NCBI GenBank assembly: GCA_036785375.1
Contig: JAWMAR010000006.1
Coordinates: forward strand, 19,344,001-19,408,000
Length of the DNA stretch: 64,000 bases
Direction of reading: 5' to 3'
Source of the DNA: Leucoraja ocellata
Lineage: Eukaryota
In this document: positions 1 through 12,800 of the stretch, one piece after another
Layout: each line of letters begins with the position of its first letter
Numbering within the stretch: position 1 is the first letter of the stretch
Position numbers and translations under genes: made by a program
The notes under the pieces: generated by a model
What the model saw: only the letters and a program-made list of their open reading frames with translations
Database searches by the model: none
What the model was told of the DNA's origin: nothing

Positions 1-716
1 GAATAAATTCACGCACCACATACTCCCAGAAGAATCCCTCTCACCGAATGCGCTGTATGATCCATCCTCCCTCTTGTATGTTAGTTGACGTTGATATCCT
101 GGGGGGGGGGGGGGGGAGAGAAAACGCACAGGAGAATCTGTCCACAATTTGTTCCATTTGTTTCATTTCAAAAAGAAAAACATCATTAAACCAAGCTCAA
201 CCTTGGAGGAGGTTTACCAGAATGAGTCTTGGGGGGGGGGGGGGGAGATACCGCGGGGGAACAGGCCCCTCGTCCCCACCGGGTCCGCGCCGACCAGCGA
301 TCCCCGCACACTAACGCTATCCTACACACACACTAGGGACAATTTACAATTATACCAAGCCATTTAACTTACAAACCTGTGCGTCTGTGGTGCGTGGGAG
401 GAAGTCCAGAGCACCCACGAAGGTCACGGGGAGAAGGTACGAACTCTGCACAGACTGCGGCCGTCGTCTGCGCGGAGTTTGCACGTTCTCCCCGTGACCA
501 CGTGGGTTTTCTCCGGGTGCTCCGGTTTCCACCCACACTCATCCGTACTCCAGGTTTGTAGGTTAGCCGCCTTGTGGAGAATGTGTAAATTGTCCTTAGT
601 TGTGTGGGATAGTGCTGGTGTACGGGGTGATCACTGGTCGGCACAAGGGCCCGCTCGGTGGGCCGAAGGGCCTGCTTCCACGCTGTATCTCTAAAGCCTA
701 GTGTCTAAAGACTCAC

Positions 717-893
717 CTTGCAGGAGGTAGTCAGTGGCCTCGCTCTCCACCTCAGTGAACAGCTGCTTAGTCTTCTGTAGATATCTCAACACAAAGACAT
801 TCGGGGCAAAATGGATCATGTTCTGTTCTCCACAGCCAAATGGGAGGCGTAGGAGGTTGTCCAGATTATTGAGGGTGGGGCCCATCACATCCC
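717..893 (-). CDS. CPAMD8: CPAMD8 exon, thioester region ([42 protein letters not shown]...LLQG)
   Basis: ccag|GG acceptor, CAAG|gtgag donor, 177 nt, phase 1-1; GCGEQ motif. Confidence 0.95.
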
Positions 894-3800
894 CTGGTAA
901 CAGAGAGGTAACATTGAGGGATAGCAGACACAGAAAAGTTATCAGAATCACACGCACACAGTGTGTGGCAGCAGCCTATGGCTCACTCTACCCCACCTCC
1001 GCCCCTCCACCCTAGTCATCCTGTTAATCCACTGTTCACACCCCTGTATCCCTTCATTATCACCTCTTCCCCAGCCAACAATGGACCATTGTGAGCTCCA
1101 ACATTCCTTGGTCCTCTGTTGCCGGCCCAAAACATCACCCAGCCTTTTTCTCCAGAGATGCTGTCTGTCCCGCTGAGTCACTCCAGCATTTCTTTTGTCT
1201 ATCTTCATTGTATAACCAGCACCTGCACTTCCCTCCTGGACATCTTGAATGATGGTTTCCCACTTTACTTTGATCTACCTTCCCCCCTCGCCCCCCTCCC
1301 CCCCCCCCCCCCCCCACCCAGCCTGAACTCAATTCTTCTAGAGATGTTGCCATATAGAAAATAGGTGCAGGAGGAGGCCATTTGGCCCTTTGAGCCAGCA
1401 CTGCCATTCATTGTGATCATGGTTGATCATCGACAATCAGTAAACCCATGCCAGCCTTCTCCCCATAGCCCTTGATATGTTGATATCCGGTTCAGTGAGA
1501 ATGGTAACTTCCCAGTACTCCAGCAGTCACTCGCAGCAAACGCCCATCTCCCTCCAGCCTAACCCAACCCAACCCTTCTGCCCTGTCCGCCTGCATTTCA
1601 GGGTTGATTGGGAGAGGTTAGCGGATTCTGCGCCACACGGGACCGGCGCAGCTTTTACCTATCATGGAGGCCATGGCTCGCTCCGACCCAGGAACCACGT
1701 TGTGAGGGACGCCAAGAGTGAAGGCCTCGTTGTGGTTCTCCTCCGATTCCTCTTTCCTCCAGATCTTGAACTCGCCGACCGAGCCCCAGCCGGTCGAGAA
1801 GCCGATGTACTTGATGTCCGGAACCTTGGCCACTGCCCACTCCACAATAAGCGACTCGTTAGATGGTGCCACGCCATGCCCCACCTAGCAACGACACAAC
1901 GGAACAACAAAACCAGTCTGTAGAAGGGTCCCGACCTGAAACGTCACCTGTCCATGCCTTCCAGGGAAGCTGAAGATAGACACAAAATGCTGGAGTAACT
2001 CATTTGTTACCCGAAACGTCACCCATTCCTTCTCGCCAGAGATGCTGCCTGTCCCGTTGAGTTACTCCAGCATTTTGTGTCCATCTTCAGTGTAAACCAG
2101 CATCTGCGGTTCCTTCCTACACATCTTCTGGCCTGCTGAGTTACTCCAGCACTTTGTGTCCTGTGGGCAAAATCTTTCCAAGACCAGCATCAGATTGCAC
2201 ATTCAGTATCAAACACAACATGGAGGTTGATAGCTATTGACTGTTCCATCCGTTTGAGAGGAATAGGTCGGGTAGACGCACAGAGTCCTTTGCCCAGAGG
2301 AGGGGAATCGAGAACCAGAGGACATAGATTTCAGGTGAAGGGGGAAAGATTAACTACCAAGGGGTAACATTTTCACACAAAGGGTGGTGGGTATATGGAA
2401 TTGATTCAGGTACTATTGCAGCATTTAAGAATATTTAGACAGGTACATGGATAGAATAGGTTTAGAGGGTTAGGGGCCAAATGCGGGCAGGTGGGACTAG
2501 TGTAGATGGGACATGTTGGTCGGTGTGGGCAACTTAGGCCGATGGGCCTGTTTCCAGGCTGCATTACCCTTTGTCTAATTCAAACGTGAATACTAGGCAG
2601 AAAATACTTCAGAATTAGATACAATAGGAAGTCCCATCCCATGGAAGTACCCCTTCGGGCGCAGGAACATATGAAAGCACCTCTTTGTTGAACATCCCAT
2701 CTGTTGCCAGGCAACTGAACCATCCTACCAACAAATGGAGAGCCGTCCTGAACTACTATCCACCTCATTGGAAACCCTCGGACTATCTTTGATTGGCTTT
2801 ATCTCGCACTAAATGTTATTCAAGTTGACGGCTCGATTGTAATCATGTATAGTCTTTCCGCTGACGGGTTAGCATGAAACAATAGCTGTGCCTCGGTACA
2901 TGTGACAATAAACTAGACTCAAAACAGACACAAAAAGCTGGAGTAACTCAGCCTGCAGACGGTAGCCTGGACAGACAACATCTCTGGAGAAAAGAGGGTG
3001 GGGGGGGTGGTGGGGGTGCACGGTGACACAGCGGTAGAGTTGCTGCCTGCAGCATCGGAGATCCGGGTTCGATTCTGACTAAGGGAGCTGTCAGTACGGA
3101 GTTGGTACGTTCTCCCCGTGACCTGCGTGGGTTTTCTCCGAGATCACCAAAGGCCAACAGGTATGTAGGTTAACGGGCTTGGTGTGCGTGCAAATTGTCC
3201 CGAGTGTGCGTAGGATAGTGTTAATGTGCGGGGATCGCTGGTCAGCGGGCCAAAGGGCCTGTTACCGCGCCGCCCGTCTCTGAACGAAACTAAAATGACG
3301 CACTCATCTCAACCCGCTCACACCATGGGAACCACCGCAAACTCACCTGGACCAAGCCAGCCTTCCAGCGAATCCAGAAGCTTCGGAACTCGTCCCAGGA
3401 CAGGATGTGCGGCGTGTGGGCACTGCCCACCGGCTCACCCATCTTGCTCACTGCGATCCACGTCCTCGTGTTCTGCTGCCCTCCGATCACTATCTCCACC
3501 ATTTCGGCCGTGTCGCGAGGGCCCGTTGATAAGGCCAAGTGGGCGTCGTTGTGTGCCTTGACCGTCACGTCAAACTGTGTCATCCAGGCCGGTTTCTGAA
3601 TGTACTGATACTCGTACTTGTTGGGTGTGGAGATGTGAATCTTTTCTGAGAAGACGAAGGAAATAATTTGGCCACAGTGTAAAATGGGCATCATGGCTTC
3701 AGAGAGTGATATAGTGTGGAAACAGGCCCTTCGGCCCAACTTGCCCACACTGGCCAACAATGTCCCAGCTACATTAGTCCCATCGGCCCGAGTTTGGTCC

Positions 3801-6800
3801 ATATCCCTCCAAACTTGTCCTATCCATGCTTTGGAGAGGAGAGGGATGGGAGGAGTTTCACTGGAAGGATCTTGATGTCGAGGTTTAGAGGATAGGAGGG
3901 TTTCAATGGATTCTACTGTCAGAAGGCATTAGATAAAGACACTCATCAGAAACTGGCGAATGCTGAAGCTAAGTGGCTGGCAGACAGGAAGCAAAGAGTA
4001 GGAGTAAACGGGTCCTTTTCAGAATGGCAGGCAGTGACTAGTGGGGTACCGCAAGGCTCAGTGCTGGGACCCCAGCTACTTACAATATATATTAATGATT
4101 TGGACGAGGGAATTGAATGCAACATCTCCAAGTTTGCGGATGACACGAAGCTGGGAGGCATTGTTAGCTGTGAGGAGGATGCTAGGAGGCTGCAAGGTGA
4201 CTTGGATAGGTTGGGTGAATGGGCAAATGCATGGTAGATGCAGTGTAATGTGGATAAATGTGAGGTTATCCATTTTGGTGGCAAAAACAGGAAAGTAGGC
4301 TATTATCTGAATGGTGGTCGATTAGGAAAAGGGGAAATTCAACGAGACCTGGGTGTCATGGTACACCAGTCATTGAAAGTAGGCATGCGGGTGCAGCAGG
4401 CAGTGAAGAAAGCGAATGGTATGTTAGCATTCATTGCAAAAGGATTTGCGTATAGGAGCAGGGAGGTTCTACTGCAGTTATACAGGGTCTTGGTGAGACC
4501 ACACCAGGAGTATTGCGTACAGTTTTGGTCTCCTAATCTGAGGAAAGACATTCTTGCCATAGAGGGAGTACAGAGAAGGTTCACCAGACTGATTCCTGGG
4601 ATGTCAGGACTTTCATATGAAGAAAGACTGGATAGACTCGGCTTGTACTCGCTAGAATTTAGAAGATTGAGGGGGGATCTTATAAAAACTTACAAAATTC
4701 TTAATGGGTTGGACAGGCTAGATGCAGGAAGATTGTTCCCGATGTTGGGGAAGTCCAGAACAAGGGGTCACAGTTTAAGGATAAGGGGGAGGTCTTTTAG
4801 GACCGAGATGAGAGGAACATTTTTCACACAGAGAGTGGCGAATCTGTGGAATTCTCTGCCACAGAAGGTAGTAGTTGAGGCCAGTTCATTGGCTATATTT
4901 AAGAGGTAATTAGATGTGGCCCTTGTGGCTTAAGGGAATCAGGGTGTATGGAGAGAAGGCAGGTACTGAGTTGGATGATCAGTCATGATCATATTGAATG
5001 GCGGTGCATGCTCGAAGGGCCGAATGGCCTACTCCTGCACCTATTTTCTATGTTTCTATGTACACCTCCATATTCAGGGACGGTTTCTTCCCAGCTGTTA
5101 TTAGCCAACTGAACCACCCTATGACCAATTAAGAGAGCAGTGTGGACCTACCATCCACAGTACCTCATTGGAGACTCTCAGACTATCTTCAATCGGACTT
5201 TACCTTGTACTAAACATTATTCCCCTTTATCCTATATCTGTACACTGTGACAGCTCGATTGTAACCACGCACAGTCTTTCCGCTAACTTTATAGCAGGAA
5301 ACAAAAAGCTTTTCACTCGACCTGGGCACATGTGACAATAGACTAAACCAATTTAAACTAAACTGAAGCAAGTACCACTTGCATGATGGCGTGGGCAGGA
5401 TTTGGAGGTGTGAGGCAGACGTCTGGAAGCAGTGTACACTCCACCATTCGCTGTCACAGATACAATGAGCACGCGCGCGTTTCTATCATGAAGTCACCGT
5501 CATCAGTCTAATTGCACGTACCGTTGGGACAGAAGAAGATGCTGTAAGTGTAGTCTCTGGGCAATCCCTCAGGCTGCGGAACACAGAGGAAAAGAGGATA
5601 AGAGAATGATCCGAGTAACAAAACCCCCTCCACATTATTATCAATGGGGGGGGGAGATTGCAACCTTCACGTGGTCACCGTTTCGACTAATGCCATCAAC
5701 CCGACGTGCACAAACAAGGTCAAATAGGACAAGTTGACCTCCAACTGTAGGCTGTGCACGGCATACACAAGAGGAAGAAGATATTGTCAATTTCTGCTGA
5801 GTTTGCAGGCTCCCTCCCGGCAACAGCAAATACCCCAGGATTTTTTTATTTATACCAACTGAGCTGAGCTGTCCCCTCATGGCGCCATAGCCCCTGCTTT
5901 GATCCCGACTCAGATGCTATGTGTGTGTTGTTTGCACGTTCTCCCTGTGACCACGTGGTTTCCTCCGGGTGCTCCGGTTTCCTCCCACATTCCAAAGACA
6001 TGTAGTTTTACAGTTTACAGTTTTACTGGCTACTATATCTTGTCCTAAGTGTGTAGGAGAGAATTAGTGAACGGGCGATCGCTGGTCGGCACGGACCCCG
6101 TGGGCCAGCGTTTCTACGCGGTATCTTTAAACTAAATGAAACTTTTGCATTTGTGTGCAAAATGTTTCTTTGTGTGGTGTAAGGGCCTCCCTCACCTCTA
6201 CCAACACTCGTCTCTTCACGTAGTCCATGCCTGCCGGCTTCTCCTGTCCAGGTAGCTTTCGTCCAGGTACCTGCCATTCTTCAGAGCCTGGAGCCCACCC
6301 TGGCAGCAGCTGCTCCCACTGTAGGCAAACCCTTTGGCTGTGGAGATAAAGCGATTGGGGGCTTTCAATACCTTCTGACACTCACGGTACATGACTGCCA
6401 GGAGGCCCGGGACACGCTCACAGCACGGGTCCAGGAGATGCTGCACTCCGTACTGTCGCTGGAAACAACTGACCGTCTGCCTCCTGGGTGGGCGGGACCA
6501 CGCCCGAAGGCACGTTGGTCAACGGGACCGGGAACCTACCCAAAGGCTTGTCCATCCGTGGGACCTGCCCAAAGACTCATGGATTGGCGGGACCACGCCT
6601 AAAGCTCGTCGGTCAGCGGGACCCCGCCCGATGGCTCATCAGACGGTGAAACCGTGAAGGCTCGTCGCATCGCGGACCCGACCGAAGGCTTATTGAACCG
6701 TGGAGAAGTCAGACGTGAGGAGCAAGGGCCGGTAGGAGAGTAAACTGGGGTCATGCCTCAAGGTCGGCTGAAAGAGGCGCCGCCCCGCACACAAAGGTGA

Positions 6801-9800
6801 CCTGGCGAGGAGAGGGATGTCGGTTGGCGGGAACTGCTCCAGTACATCAGGTACGTGGGCCAACCCGACTTTGGAAAGGGTGCCAAAACATGGCGGCGCA
6901 TGCCTGTGTGGCTATACAGAAGGAATTTTGCAGTGCAGTTGCACATGTGGGAACTAAAACACCATTGAGCCAACACTCCCCTCCACCCCCCCCCCAAGCC
7001 ATTGCTCCCCCCCACCCCACTCCCCCCCCACCCCCTCTCCTCTCCCCCACCCCCGCTCCTCCCCCCCACCCCACCCCTCTCCTCCCCCCCACCTCACTCC
7101 TCCCCCCCACCTCACTCCTCCCCCCCACCCCACCCCTCTCCTCCGCCCCAACCCACTCCTCCGCCCCCGGGAGTTTGGATTTGCCCCTTACCTGTGATGT
7201 TGGCAGGGCCCAATTCACTGAACAGGAGGACAATGGAGGTGGGTTTGGCTTCATCCGAGTCGATGCACATCTTACGCGTCAGATGCCTCTTCCCGGGTGG
7301 CCAATAAACTTGATTCCTTTCGGAACTGTAATTTTAACATGAACCTGGAACATCGAGGAGACCAGCGTCACTCAGCACGGCGCATTAACTCTGCAGTCAC
7401 AAGAATGTCCATCACCCATCGCCACTCCCAACGGATGGAACCTAATCTCACGTTCCACATCTATTCCCAATCCCTCAATACCCTGGACCAAAACATGTAT
7501 TAATTTGAGTTTTCAACACAGACATTGATAGATTTTTAAATGAAAACAGAAAATGGCAGAAACATTCAGCTGGTTCGGCAGTATCTGTGGGAAAGCAAAC
7601 ACGTCATCCAGGGATAGACGTTACTGGCTTTATCTAGCACTAAATGTTATTCCCTTTATCATGTGTTTGTACTCTGTGGATCACTGGATTGTGATCATGT
7701 GATCAGGTCTTTCCGCTGACTGGTTAGCAGGCAACAAACAGGTTTTCACTGTAGCTCGGCACACGTGACAACAAGCTGAACTCTACGCAACCTCCACCCA
7801 CCCGTTTCGTCCTGTGACGGCCGCGTTTCCCACGTACCTCTGCGCAGCTCTGGAGGTAGTTGTAGACCATGAGAGGGATCTTGGTTTGCTCCCCGCGGAT
7901 CACAAAGCTGGGCAGGGTGAAATCCACAAAGAAGGCCTTGAAGGTGCGGAGCTCGGTGGGCCGGGCGAGTCCCAGGCCCGTCTCCTGGGATAGGCCGACT
8001 GCCTCCGTTACCCAAGTGGTGATGGAGTCCGGAATCTCCACGTGCAGTCGGGCCTCGCCCGTGGAATCGCTGTCAGCGGGTGAATAAAGGCGAGAGGCAT
8101 GCAAGTTTTTAATTAGAGATACAACTGCGCGGAAACAGGCCCTTCAGCCCACCGAGTCCATGCCGACCAGGGTTTGATTCTGACTATGGGTGCCATCTGT
8201 ACTGAGTTTTACGTTCTCCCCGTGACCTGCGTGGGTTTTCTCCGGGTGCTCCGGTTTCCGCCCACACTCCAAAAACATATAGGTTTGTAGGTTGTCGAAG
8301 TGTTCAAGAAGGAATTGCAGATGCTGGAAGATCGAAGGTACACAAAATTGCTGGAGAAACTCAGCGGGTGCAGCAGCATCTATGGAGCGAAGGAAATAGG
8401 CGACGTTTCGGGCCGAAACCTTTCTTCAGACTCGTAAGATCCTTGAGTCTGAGTCCGAGTCTTCAGACTTGAGTCTGAAGAAGGGTTTCGGCCCGAAACG
8501 TCGCCTATTTCCTTCGCTCCATAGATGCTGCTGCACCCGCTGAGTTTCTCCAGCAATTTTGTGTACCTAGGTTTGTAGGTTAATTAGCTTTGGTAAGATT
8601 GTAAATAGTCGGAGAGTGCTAGCGTACAGGGATCGTTGGTTGGCCCGGACTTGGTGAGCCAAAGGGCCTGATTCCGTGCTGTATCTGCAAACTAAACTAA
8701 ACTATTTGTGGCTTCAGGGAGCTGTGTGTTGAGTAGACCATGTGCTGCACAAAGTGTTAAACTGAGTTCTGTGTATTGAGTGGCAAAAACTATTTTGACC
8801 GGTTTTAATCGGAGAGAGCATCAAGCTGAAGCTGTGCTGTGTTGAATGTTAGGTGCAGAGGATTCCTCAATGGGACAATTCCCCTCAATCCTCCCATCCC
8901 TTTACTCAGTGCGGCAAACATGCCTTTCCACTCTAATGCATGCTGCACTCTCTCCAAGCTTTGCAAGGAATTAAGATCAGAATTCCTTTCACCCTTTGGC
9001 TCCAAAGCTGGTAATGTTTTAAATTCTCACATGGGAACACTTAGGCGAGGAATGCAGCAATGTAAAGTGTTGGGAGATATTTTGGCAACGTGTTAAGTGC
9101 TTTGAAGCAATTTACAGTTTTTGAATGATACAAGGCCCACCACATGCTTCGGTTTGTCTTGCAGCATGCACTGGCAGCCGCAGTGATAACATCCTCCTTA
9201 TTGCTTAAGCTGTACTCGGCACTGCTCCCGATACTGCCTGACATAGATACAAACTGCTGGAGTCACTCAGTGGCTCAGGCGACATCTCTGGAGAAAAGGG
9301 GTAGGTGGCCGGGATCCTTCTTCAGGCTTGTGCTTCGGATCGTGAATGAAGTCCAAAGAAGGGTCCCAAAACAAAAACGTCACCCACCCACTTTCTCCAG
9401 AGATGCTGCCTGGCCCGCTGAGTTGCTCCAGCACTTTTGTGTATTAAACCAGCATCCGCAGTTCCTTCTTATTACAACCCGATGTTGCCTGCTCATCTGA
9501 TTTAAACATGGATCTGCGATATTGAGCTGCACAGTCCTTCTAACGCCTTCACCCCCAATCCCTAATGCCCATATTTGTCTCAGCCCACAGATGGACACAA
9601 ACTGCTCAGCGACTCAGCCAGCACCTGTGGAGAAAAAGGACGGGTGATGTTTCGGATCGAGACCCATCTTCAGGAAGCGTGTAGGGAATGAACTGCAGAT
9701 GCTGGTTTAGACACAAAAAGCGGGAGTAACTCAGCGGGTCAGGCAGCATCTCTGGAGAACAGGTGAAGTTTCGGGTCGAGCCCCTTCTTCAGAATTCAGG

Positions 9801-12800
9801 TCTGAAGAAGTGACTCGACCCAAAACATGACCTACTCCTTATCTCCAAAGATGCTGCCTGGCCCGCTGAGTTCTTCCAGCTTTTTGTGTTTTGTTTGCCC
9901 TTCTTCAGGAATAAAGAAGGGTCCCACCCCGAAACATCACCCAGCCTTTTTCTCCAGAGATGCCGACTGCCCCACTGAGTTACACCAGCCATTTGTGTCT
10001 ATATTTGGTATGAACCAGCATCTGCAGTTCCTCGTTTCTATATTTTGGTTCAGTCCAGCCAGCAGCCTCTAAGCCTTTAAGCCTGACATTCTGCAAACTA
10101 GTCTTCAATATCCTGCGGAGTAGCTGGATTCTCAAGTTCAGTTATAGCTCATCGGGAGCCCCGGTATTCCGATTCCCACCATGGGCATTGCTACCAGGAA
10201 CGGGATTTGCATCTACCCCGACCGACTGCCGTACGCCAACGTAAATCCCGACTTCAGTGCTTCTACCTGATGTTGAGACAATGCCAGATCCAGGTTTCTG
10301 GAAAGAAAGTCCTTTTCTTCTTCTCAGCTCTAAGTAGAAAGAAATCAGTTGTGTGTTAGAGGAGAACAGAACATCAAAGGCATCTCACAGGACAGAATCT
10401 CTCCCAGCCATCCCCAAGGTACCCAATCTAGACTTCAGACTTCACTTTAGACTTTGGAGATACAGCGTGGGAACAGGCCCTACGGCCCAGCGAGTCCACG
10501 TGGGTTTTCTCCGGGTGCTCCGGTTTCCTCCCACATTCCAAAGGAGTACAGGTTTGTAGGTTCATTTGGTTTTGGGTAGAAATTGTAAATGGTCCCTAGA
10601 CAGCACTAGTGTACGCGGTTAGTCGTTGGCCGGCACGGACTCGGTGGGCCGAAGGGCCCGTTTCCGCACTGTATCTCTAAACTAAACTAAACTAAAGATG
10701 GACACAAAAAGCTGGAGCTGAAAAAAAGCTGGAGCGCTGTCTGCGGAGGGCGCTCAGCATCGCCAAGGACTGCTCTCACCCCAACCATGGACTGTTTACC
10801 CTCCTACCATCCGGGAGGCGCTACAGGTCTCTCCGTTGCTGAACCAGCAGGTCGAGGAACAGCTTATTTCCGGCGGCTGTCACTCTACTCAACAACGTAC
10901 CTCGGTGACTGCCAATCACCACCCCCCCCCCCCCCCCCCCCCTGAATCTGAATCTGAATCTGAGTAATTCAGCGGGACAGGCAGCATCTCTGGAGAGGAG
11001 GTGACGTTTCGAGACAAGACCGTTCTTCAGACTAGGTCAGGGAAAAGGAAAACTCAACTAAACTGCACAGAGGCACGGCCAGAGAATGACACTGCACAGG
11101 ATCCATCCTGTCCCTACTGCACCTCACTCATTCTACTCCCTTCTACGCCTGGTTTTCTTAAGCCCATTCCCAACCACTAGGCACAGTAGAGGAGACATTT
11201 GACTAATGCTGCTTGTTTTAAATCTATTGATGTTTCTCGGCCGCTGTCCGAGTTCATTCTGATCCATTACCGAGCCAAACAGGCAGGCGGATCACCCAGC
11301 AGCTAAACGTACGGAATTAAACATTTCCATGCGACAGAGGAGGAGGATCACCCGTCAAATCTCTGACAAAAAACATTCCTTCACAAACTTCCCCAGTAAA
11401 TCCATTTTGATTTAGTCCCAGTGTTAGTTTTAGAGATACAGCGTGGAAACAGGCCCCTCGGTCCACAAGTCTCTGACAATCCCATTCCTCGGCAAACATT
11501 TTCTCCCACATTTCCATCCATTCGCACGGCCGATTAATGTACCAACCCACATGACTTGAGGATTTAAGAAGGAACTGCAGATCGAAGGCAGACAAAAATG
11601 CTGGAGAAACTCAGCAGGTACAGCAGCATCTATGGAGCGAAGGAAATAGGCAACGTTTCGGGACGAAACGTTGCCTATTTCCTTCGCTCCATAGATGCTG
11701 CTGCACCCGCTGAGTTTCTCCAGCATTTTTGTGTACCTACCAGTTTAAATTGTTACACTAGTGACAATTTATAGAAGCCAATTATCTGACAAACCTGCAC
11801 GTCTTTGGAACGCAGGAGGATACCGGAGCACCCGGAGAAAATCCAAGGGGTCACAGGGACGGCACCCGAGGTTGCAGGTGGTTCCCGGAGGTTGCAGGTA
11901 GTGGAAGCAGGTAGGGAGACTGACGAAAACCTCCGGGAACCGAACGGAAACCTTGGGTGGGGCGCGAAGTCTCCAGAGGGTTCCGTTCAGGTTTCCTAAG
12001 TGGGACAGGGGCATAACTCTCACCGAGTCCCATCTACCTGCACTCAGACCAGAATGACTTTGGTGGGTAACATAGAAACATAGAAAATAGGTGCAGGAGT
12101 AGAGGCCATTTGGCCCTTCGAGCCTGCACCGCCGTTCAATATGATCATGGCTGATCATCCAACTCAGTATCCTGTACCTGCCTTCTCTCCATAACCCCTG
12201 ATCCCTTTAGCCACAAGGGCCACATCTAACTCCCTCTTAAATATAGCCAACGAACTGGCCTCAACTACCTTCTGTGGCAGAGAATTCCAGAGATTCACCA
12301 CTCTCTGTGTGAAAAATGTTTTCCTCATCTCGGTCCTAAAAGATTTCCCCCTTATCCTTAAATTGTGACCCCTTGTCCTGGACTTCCCCAACATCGGAAA
12401 CAATCTTCCTGCATCTAGCCTGTCCAACCCCTTAAGAATTTTGTAAGTTTCTATAAAATACCCCCTCAATCTTCTAAATTCTAGCGAGTACAAGCCGAGT
12501 CTATCCAGTCTTTCTTCATATGAAAGTCCTGCCAACCCAGGAATCAGTCTGGAGAACCTTCTCTGTACTCCCTCTATGGCAAGAATGTCCTTCCTCAGAT
12601 TAGGAGACCAAAACTGTACGCAATTCTCCAGGTGTGGTCTCTCCAACTGCAGTAGAACCTCCCTGCTCCTATACTCAAATCCTTTTGCTATGAAGAATGA
12701 AAGACAAGGTAAACTAAATGTACAATTCTAAAATGGGGCCAAGGATAGATAGATTATCAACGCCTTTTAGTGAAGACAGTTCAGGTTGAGAATGCTGAAT

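Noticed and set aside
4238-4909. 223-aa ORF as a host gene
   Set aside because: It is the C-terminus of CR1 ORF2, 5'-truncated and preceded by a stop; many homologous copies in the window
6494-6702. CRISPR-like repeat array
   Set aside because: Eukaryotic intron; units are degenerate tandem copies without unique spacers; no cas genes
6196-7344. Programmed frameshifting or RNA editing to explain the CPAMD8 frameshifts
   Set aside because: No slippery heptamer or pseudoknot context; the same defect type in neighbouring MYO9B points to sequence error
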